DNA of 11,202 bases from a virus (Duplodnaviria > Heunggongvirae > Uroviricota > Caudoviricetes), in IMG/VR virus record IMGVR_UViG_3300002026_000057; one strand, written 5' to 3'. The position numbers were made by a program, and so were the translations under genes. Below the pieces are notes generated by a model, which was not told where the DNA came from, did no database searches, and saw nothing but the letters and a program-made list of their open reading frames with translations. This document shows positions 7,224 through 11,202 of this stretch, in pieces. Every line of letters begins with the position of its first letter. The first letter of the stretch is position 1.

Positions 7224-8117
7224 TTATAACATAATTTTTGGTTCATCTTTTTTCTTAGTACCACTATCTGTGTCACTGATAACAGGTGACGACTTAGTGT
7301 CGTGAGAGATTCTTGACTCATAGTGAGAGACAATTGTATTTGCAATAACTTCACCTACTTTGGTGTAATCATTAACCTGAATACAACGTTGCCCAAGAAG
7401 TTTTTGCCAATATCCAAGTGAAGAGTGACCATTAGATCCTTCCATAATATGGATGTGGAAAACTTCATATTTCTCCTGAGCCATTTCAAGGAGTTCTTTA
7501 TCGGTATAATTTGACTGAGCACCGTTACCCATAAGTTCATCGATCGCGTTTTTCGGCAAAGTCCTCAAACAAGGTTCATCACCAATGGTAAAAAGGAAAC
7601 CCTTCTCACCACGCTTTTCAAATGCGTCGGTAACGGTATGTTTAGCTGCGAAATACCAAGCCAAAAAATAACTTTCACCAGCGTTACCACCACCACGACC
7701 TTCAAGCCATGTCCGGGTTAACCACAAATCAAGTTCTTCATCACCGCTTTCGAATTGACCAACCTGTAATGGAGCGTTATCATATTCATGATCACCAATT
7801 CCTAAGAAAAGGATGGAAGGATCAGAAATACCTTTTTGAATGAGATTACCAACCATATTTGGAAGTCCGTCCTTTACTAATTCGTGAGGAATTTTCCTCA
7901 TAGAACCAGTCTCATCAAGACCTATAATGATCGGTAAAGATTTTGGATGTGCAACGGAATCTCTGGCTTCACGAATAAGAGCCTTTGAAGGTACCATTGA
8001 CTCATGGATCTCACCTTTCTTATTTTGTACAAAAATATCGTCAGCGGATTTGGTGTAATAGCCCATTGAGGCTCCGCGAACTGTACGACTTTCGTGGCTA
8101 TACGAGCTATGACCCAT
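7224..8117 (-). CDS. von Willebrand factor A (vWA) domain protein with intact MIDAS
   Basis: Beta1-MIDAS PIIIGLDETGSM, then FLGIGD, EGRGGGNAGESY and FLFTIGDEP in vWA order. N-terminal MGHSSYS extension and REARDS..HP.S segment. Confidence 0.85.
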   Translation of the reverse strand: MGHSSYSHESRTVRGASMGYYTKSADDIFVQNKKGEIHESMVPSKALIREARDSVAHPKSLPIIIGLDETGSMRKIPHELVKDGLPNMVGNLIQKGISDPSILFLGIGDHEYDNAPLQVGQFESGDEELDLWLTRTWLEGRGGGNAGESYFLAWYFAAKHTVTDAFEKRGEKGFLFTIGDEPCLRTLPKNAIDELMGNGAQSNYTDKELLEMAQEKYEVFHIHIMEGSNGHSSLGYWQKLLGQRCIQVNDYTKVGEVIANTIVSHYESRISHDTKSSPVISDTDSGTKKKDEPKIML

Positions 8118-8476
8118 TATTCAACTCCTCCCGTAAAAAGTTCGGAATATCTTTTGGAAGCGATATCCAACTTAATTTCAAGTTCACGAATCCTAAGACC
8201 GAGTTCGAGGTCTTTTGCAACAAATGCTTTTGCATTGAAATCGGATTGTGAAATAATTGTGGTTGTTGAAGTTCCTCCGAGATCCAACATAGCATCACGT
8301 TCCCGTTTTGCAACTTTGAGTTCGGTTAAAATGTCTTCAACTTCACGTTTGAAAATGAGTTCAGCGTCTTCGGCAATTGCCAAGGCACGGTCGTCACGAA
8401 TCTGTTTGTTGTTCCTTCTTAATGAGGACACGAATGAACCTTTAAGTTCATTTAATTGTTCTGATGGTGTTTCCAT
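8117..8476 (-). CDS. Hypothetical 119-aa helical/coiled-coil protein, first gene of the operon
   Basis: A-rich initiation region (AAAAATTAAAAAAA-ATG), downstream of a consensus promoter, TAATG-coupled to vWA. Amphipathic heptads (REVEDILTELKVAKRERDAMLDL; LGLRIRELEIKLDIASKRYSELF). Confidence 0.85.
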   Translation of the reverse strand: METPSEQLNELKGSFVSSLRRNNKQIRDDRALAIAEDAELIFKREVEDILTELKVAKRERDAMLDLGGTSTTTIISQSDFNAKAFVAKDLELGLRIRELEIKLDIASKRYSELFTGGVE

Positions 8477-8501
8477 TTTTTTTAATTTTTAATTGTTATT
8501 A

Positions 8502-8515
8502 TGTGATTTATCACA
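8502..8515. promoter_or_regulatory. Palindromic operator-like site TGTGAT-TT-ATCACA
   Basis: Perfect 6-bp inverted repeat with a 2-nt centre, lying between the -7 element (8527-8534) and the first ATG (8476) of the operon; no U-tract follows on either strand. Confidence 0.5.
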
Positions 8516-8526
8516 AATTGAAAGTA

Positions 8527-8558
8527 CAAAAATAAATAATGTTTTTGAGACTGCCAAA
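8527..8558 (-). promoter_or_regulatory. Bacteroidota sigma-A consensus promoter for the vWA/PurA-like operon
   Basis: Minus strand TTTG (8555-8558), 20-nt spacer, TATTTTTG (8527-8534); an exact match to the Bacteroides/Flavobacterium consensus TTTG-N19-21-TAnnTTTG. Confidence 0.8.
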
Positions 8559-8561
8559 TTT

Positions 8562-9206
8562 TTAGAAAAGATATTTTACTTTAGGTTTAGTTTTTTCGAG
8601 AACTATGAAATAAGAATGAAATTTTCTGGCATGTTCTTGTTTATTCCACTTGCCGCCAAAACTATTAATACGCATTTTTGCTACTAAAATAAACAGGTCT
8701 CTTGGATAAAACCCAATTTTCAACGCCATATTCATAATCATCACATGAGTAAAATGATTTTTACCACCTGAAACGGTATCCTGACATTTCATTATTACTA
8801 ACCCATCTTTCTCGCAGACCCGATAAAGCTCTTGTAATGTATTATAATAGTTGGTGGTTAATTTCTCATATGTGGTATAGCCCTCGAATCTCTTGGCAAT
8901 AACTGAACTACCCTCTTTGTTTTCTTTGTACATTTTACCACTTATTACAAATGGTGGATCATACATTATACTTTTCATTGTTCCGTCTTCAAACGGTAAA
9001 TTCTCAGAATCGGCTTGGATTGTATCTTCGGTTATTGGCACTAAATCGGTTTTAATTTTCGGCCCCTTTATATCTTTCCAAAATAATCCACGGGAATATG
9101 TACAATCAAGATCAAACTGTTCAATGTTATACAATTCCATTATATTCTTAATAACATCGTGGTTTGTATAATACACACTCCTTACGGGTACAAAGTCTTT
9201 ATCCAT
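8562..9206 (-). CDS. Small phage-type amino (m6A or m4C) DNA methyltransferase (orphan)
   Basis: SAM-binding DLDCTYSRGLFW (DxTY-G/S-xGxFW type), ADSENLPFEDG, and catalytic SIMYDPPF, in motif I then motif IV order. DNA as the substrate is inferred from the family. Confidence 0.8.
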   Translation of the reverse strand: MDKDFVPVRSVYYTNHDVIKNIMELYNIEQFDLDCTYSRGLFWKDIKGPKIKTDLVPITEDTIQADSENLPFEDGTMKSIMYDPPFVISGKMYKENKEGSSVIAKRFEGYTTYEKLTTNYYNTLQELYRVCEKDGLVIMKCQDTVSGGKNHFTHVMIMNMALKIGFYPRDLFILVAKMRINSFGGKWNKQEHARKFHSYFIVLEKTKPKVKYLF

Positions 9207-9237
9207 TTACTTTTTATTTTAATTTTAGTATCTTGGA

Positions 9238-9269
9238 CAAAGATAACGCAAATAAATAATAATTCCAAA
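9238..9269 (-). promoter_or_regulatory. Bacteroidota sigma-A consensus promoter for the second methyltransferase
   Basis: Minus strand TTTG (9266-9269), 20-nt spacer, TATCTTTG (9238-9245); an exact consensus match, followed by a short A-rich leader to the ATG at 9206. Confidence 0.82.
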
Positions 9270-9276
9270 TATTTAT
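9268..9276 (+). promoter_or_regulatory. AATAYTTAY motif, copy 2, upstream of GIY-YIG
   Basis: AATATTTAT, 15 nt before the ATG at 9292; within CCAAATATTTAT, which is shared with 3967-3978. Confidence 0.5.
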
Positions 9277-9291
9277 TAAAAAAGAACTAAT

Positions 9292-9879
9292 ATGGGTTGT
9301 GGGATATACAAGATTGAAAATTCAATTGATGGTAAAATTTATATTGGTAGTTCAGTTAATATTGAATCTCGACAATACAAACATTTTTGGATGTTGAAAC
9401 GTGGATGTCATGATAACCAACATTTACAAAACGCTTTTAATAAATTTAAAGAAAAATCTTTTAATTTTCAAATAATTGAACAGTGCAATGAAACAAAATT
9501 AATTGAAAGAGAAAACTTCCATATTGCCACACTTAAATCGAATACATCCGAATTTGGCTATAATCTTGCGACTGTTAATGAATTTAGAAGAAACACATAC
9601 AATGACTCTGTTAAAATAAAACTTTCGAGATATAATAAGATTAAAAATGGAAATTTTAATACATTTTCATTAACGAACATTAAAACAAATGATATGTTTA
9701 TGTTTGACACATTGGTTGAAGGAGCTAATTATTTAATTTTAAATGGATTTGCAAAAGGAAAACCTCGAAATGTGAGAATGTCAATTTCCAATTGCTTGCG
9801 AGGAATAAAAGTGGATAACGGATCTAAGGGATCAATACGGAAAACTTGTTATAAACATAATTTTGAAATAATAAACTAA
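9292..9879 (+). CDS. Free-standing GIY-YIG homing-type endonuclease with C-terminal NUMOD1/HTH-like DNA-binding module
   Basis: GIYKIENSIDGKIYIGSS, then R and H (ESRQYKH), HDNQHLQNAFNK, catalytic Glu in LIERENFHI, and EFGYNL: the I-TevI/Seg-type catalytic domain. C-terminal FDTLVEGANYL...SISNCLRG...KTCYKHNF resembles a NUMOD1-type HTH. Confidence 0.93.
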   Translation: MGCGIYKIENSIDGKIYIGSSVNIESRQYKHFWMLKRGCHDNQHLQNAFNKFKEKSFNFQIIEQCNETKLIERENFHIATLKSNTSEFGYNLATVNEFRRNTYNDSVKIKLSRYNKIKNGNFNTFSLTNIKTNDMFMFDTLVEGANYLILNGFAKGKPRNVRMSISNCLRGIKVDNGSKGSIRKTCYKHNFEIIN

Positions 9880-9882
9880 ATT

Positions 9883-9891
9883 AATACTTAC
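9883..9891 (+). promoter_or_regulatory. AATAYTTAY motif, copy 3, upstream of the MGCGC protein
   Basis: AATACTTAC, 4 nt before the TTG at 9896, the same spacing as copy 1. AATACTTACTAAA is 11/13 identical to AATATTTATTAAA at 9268-9280. Confidence 0.45.
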
Positions 9892-9895
9892 TAAA

Positions 9896-10087
9896 TTGGG
9901 TTGTGGATGCAAGAAAAAGAAAGATACGGCTGAAGTTGCAACAAGAACAGCAACGGTTGTCGTTACTGAAGGACAAATAAAAGAGGTACCCCAACGTCCA
10001 CCTCAAGTTGTGACACCCCCAACATCACAACCAAAAAATGATGTTGAGAGTATCGTAAATAAGCTTAACAATATTTTAAAACCTTAA
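9896..10087 (+). CDS. Small 63-aa protein with an N-terminal MGCGCKKKK motif and a Thr/Pro-rich linker (TTG start)
   Basis: Fills the gap between GIY-YIG and the convergent gene; its TAA (10085-10087) abuts the opposite-strand TAG (10088-10090). Structured composition: CxC plus polybasic, T/V/P-rich middle, amphipathic C-terminal helix (VESIVNKLNNILK). Confidence 0.7.
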   Translation: MGCGCKKKKDTAEVATRTATVVVTEGQIKEVPQRPPQVVTPPTSQPKNDVESIVNKLNNILKP

Positions 10088-11200
10088 CTATAATCCGAGT
10101 GCAAGGTTTATTTGTTCAATAACGGTATCGGATGTAATCATTTTAGTACACTCGAATTGTCTATCTGTACCTTTATGGTCGGGACACCAATTCCAATCTC
10201 CAGCGTCCAAAATATGTCTATTAAAACAACCATGACACACATCTTCATTTATTATTCTTCGAATCCCATTTAATGGTTCACAATATGGTTCAGAAAACCC
10301 TGAGATTAATATGGTTTCAGTTCCAACCGCCCAAGCTAACCAAGACAAACCACTACCAACACCAATAAACAATTCTGATTCTTGAAGAATTTTAATAACA
10401 TTCTCAAGAGATCCTGATGGAACTTTGGTAATGCCTTTAGGGTGTTTGTTTCCCATATATCCGTCTTCTTCTTTAGAGACAAGTTTTACTTCGTACCCTT
10501 TTAATACTAAATAATCAACAATTTCTTGCCAACCAGTTGGATTGTTCCAATATTTGGATTGTGCGGTTGAATGAATACCTATTGAAACCACTTTCTTTTT
10601 TTCTGTACTTAATACTGGTAGTAACGGTCTTAATTCAACATAATCTAATCCAAGTATGTCGGATGCGGTTTTACTTAGTGGTTCAGTTTTTGGGTCAAAT
10701 TTGTTTTTATCAAAATCCACTTTATTATCTTTACGAAACCAACCCACTCTATATAGTGCGTAGATATCCTTAACCGTTGATCCTGGTTCAACAAATTCAA
10801 TATTTGGGTATTGATCTTTGAAAAGATTATTATGAAATGTTGAACAAATCACAGTACAATTATGCTCTATTCTAAATTTTTCAACATATGGAATCCACGC
10901 TAATGTGTCTCCTAATGATTTAGACTCAAACCCAATTAAAACCCTACGATTGTTAAAGTCCATTTTATGTTCATAGAAAAAATCAGTATCTAACCCTCTT
11001 ATTCGTATTTTCCAATCAATATAGTATTTCTTGTTTGCCCTTGTCCAATGATTACTTTTAAGATCTGTTTGATGATGAACCTCCCCAGTTTTTAAATCGA
11101 TAAACTCAACATTATAATATCTCGTATTTTTGTCGATAATTTCGACGAAGGGCCCATCTATAAAATTAATATTTAACTGATCTGGGGCGTTCTTTTCCAT
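10088..11200 (-). CDS. Autotransporter strand-loop-strand O-heptosyltransferase (Aah/TibC, BAHT family) homologue, canonical paralogue 2; may extend 5' beyond the window
   Basis: SKSLGDTLAWIPYVEKFR..HNC, STAQSKYWNNPTGWQ, FIGVGSGLSWLAWAVG, ILISGFS and Fe-site VCHGCFN...WCPDHKGTDRQFECTKMIT. Only 2 nt lie upstream of the ATG at 11200, so an N-terminal extension cannot be excluded. Confidence 0.93.
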   Translation of the reverse strand: MEKNAPDQLNINFIDGPFVEIIDKNTRYYNVEFIDLKTGEVHHQTDLKSNHWTRANKKYYIDWKIRIRGLDTDFFYEHKMDFNNRRVLIGFESKSLGDTLAWIPYVEKFRIEHNCTVICSTFHNNLFKDQYPNIEFVEPGSTVKDIYALYRVGWFRKDNKVDFDKNKFDPKTEPLSKTASDILGLDYVELRPLLPVLSTEKKKVVSIGIHSTAQSKYWNNPTGWQEIVDYLVLKGYEVKLVSKEEDGYMGNKHPKGITKVPSGSLENVIKILQESELFIGVGSGLSWLAWAVGTETILISGFSEPYCEPLNGIRRIINEDVCHGCFNRHILDAGDWNWCPDHKGTDRQFECTKMITSDTVIEQINLALGL

Positions 11201-11202
11201 TT

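Larger units (their letters stand above)
9286..9906 (+). repeat. Imperfect 17-bp direct repeat flanking the GIY-YIG gene
   Basis: ACTAATATGGGTTGTGG (9286-9302) vs ACTAAATTGGGTTGTGG (9890-9906): 15/17 identical. Each copy spans a start codon and codes MGCG. Confidence 0.55.

Noticed and set aside
4338-8476. NAD+ reconstitution (NARP1/NARP2) pathway
   Set aside because: No Nampt, Nmnat/Namat or PRPP-synthetase-like gene is recognisable in the window; any link to NAD-based immunity remains a hypothesis.
8502-8515. CRP or Rex binding site, or intrinsic terminator
   Set aside because: TGTGA and TCACA are 4 nt apart rather than the 6 nt needed for CRP/Rex. The stem is short and has no U-tract, so it is kept only as an unassigned operator-like palindrome.
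9207-9895. Group I intron carrying the GIY-YIG ORF
   Set aside because: Only 85 nt upstream (filled by promoter elements) and 16 nt downstream; no room for an intron core, and no split flanking gene is evident.
9896-9922. Eukaryotic myristoylation/palmitoylation signal (MGC + polybasic), implying a giant eukaryotic virus
   Set aside because: Bacterial promoters, TAATG translational coupling, a TTG start and the bacterial/phage gene families argue for a bacteriophage; the resemblance is probably coincidental.
815-10773. Short alternative ORFs in the track (815-1018, 2588-2791, 3187-3495, 5222-5404, 6127-6339, 7355-7540, 7985-8251, 8094-8492, 8107-8313, 8493-8687, 8893-9171, 10537-10773)
   Set aside because: All lie antisense to, or out of frame within, well-supported genes or promoter regions and show no recognisable motifs; treated as shadow ORFs.
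1-11202. Stop-codon reassignment (TAG or TGA), as in some Bacteroidota phages
   Set aside because: All long genes are intact under code 11. The two TAG stops (4355-4357, 10088-10090) fall at the natural family C-termini, and read-through gives only short nonsense extensions.
1-11202. tRNA, rRNA, CRISPR array, IS element or integrase
   Set aside because: Intergenic gaps are at most about 85 nt and are explained by promoters. I saw no cloverleaf, repeat-spacer array, transposase or recombinase motifs.

Overview
An AT-rich, very densely coded segment that most likely comes from the accessory/early region of a large lytic tailed phage infecting Bacteroidota. It has no housekeeping genes, two orphan DNA methyltransferases, a free-standing GIY-YIG endonuclease, many hypotheticals, no obvious Shine-Dalgarno sites and TAATG stop/start overlaps. 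Host inference rests on two perfect Bacteroidota sigma-A promoters (TTTG-N20-TAnnTTTG) plus one near-match on the minus strand. Minus-strand units: (i) a BAHT-family (Aah/TibC-like) protein O-heptosyltransferase homologue, a Dam-family m6A methylase and a large PcfJ-domain protein (missed by the ORF track, runs off the window); (ii) a six-gene operon with its own promoter and a palindromic operator-like site: coiled-coil protein, vWA/MIDAS protein, 50-aa acidic repeat peptide (not in the ORF track), a divergent adenylosuccinate-synthetase-like enzyme whose aspartate-binding loop is replaced, and two conserved-looking hypotheticals; (iii) a second amino-methyltransferase; (iv) a second, more canonical BAHT paralogue at the right edge. 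The three plus-strand genes (DUF192, GIY-YIG, a 63-aa MGCGCKKKK protein) are each preceded by AATAYTTAY, a candidate phage-specific promoter. The best candidates for undescribed biology are the vWA + PurA-like operon (neither a normal PurA nor PurZ) and the pair of phage protein-glycosyltransferases. All family assignments come from motifs recognised by eye; no database searches were run.
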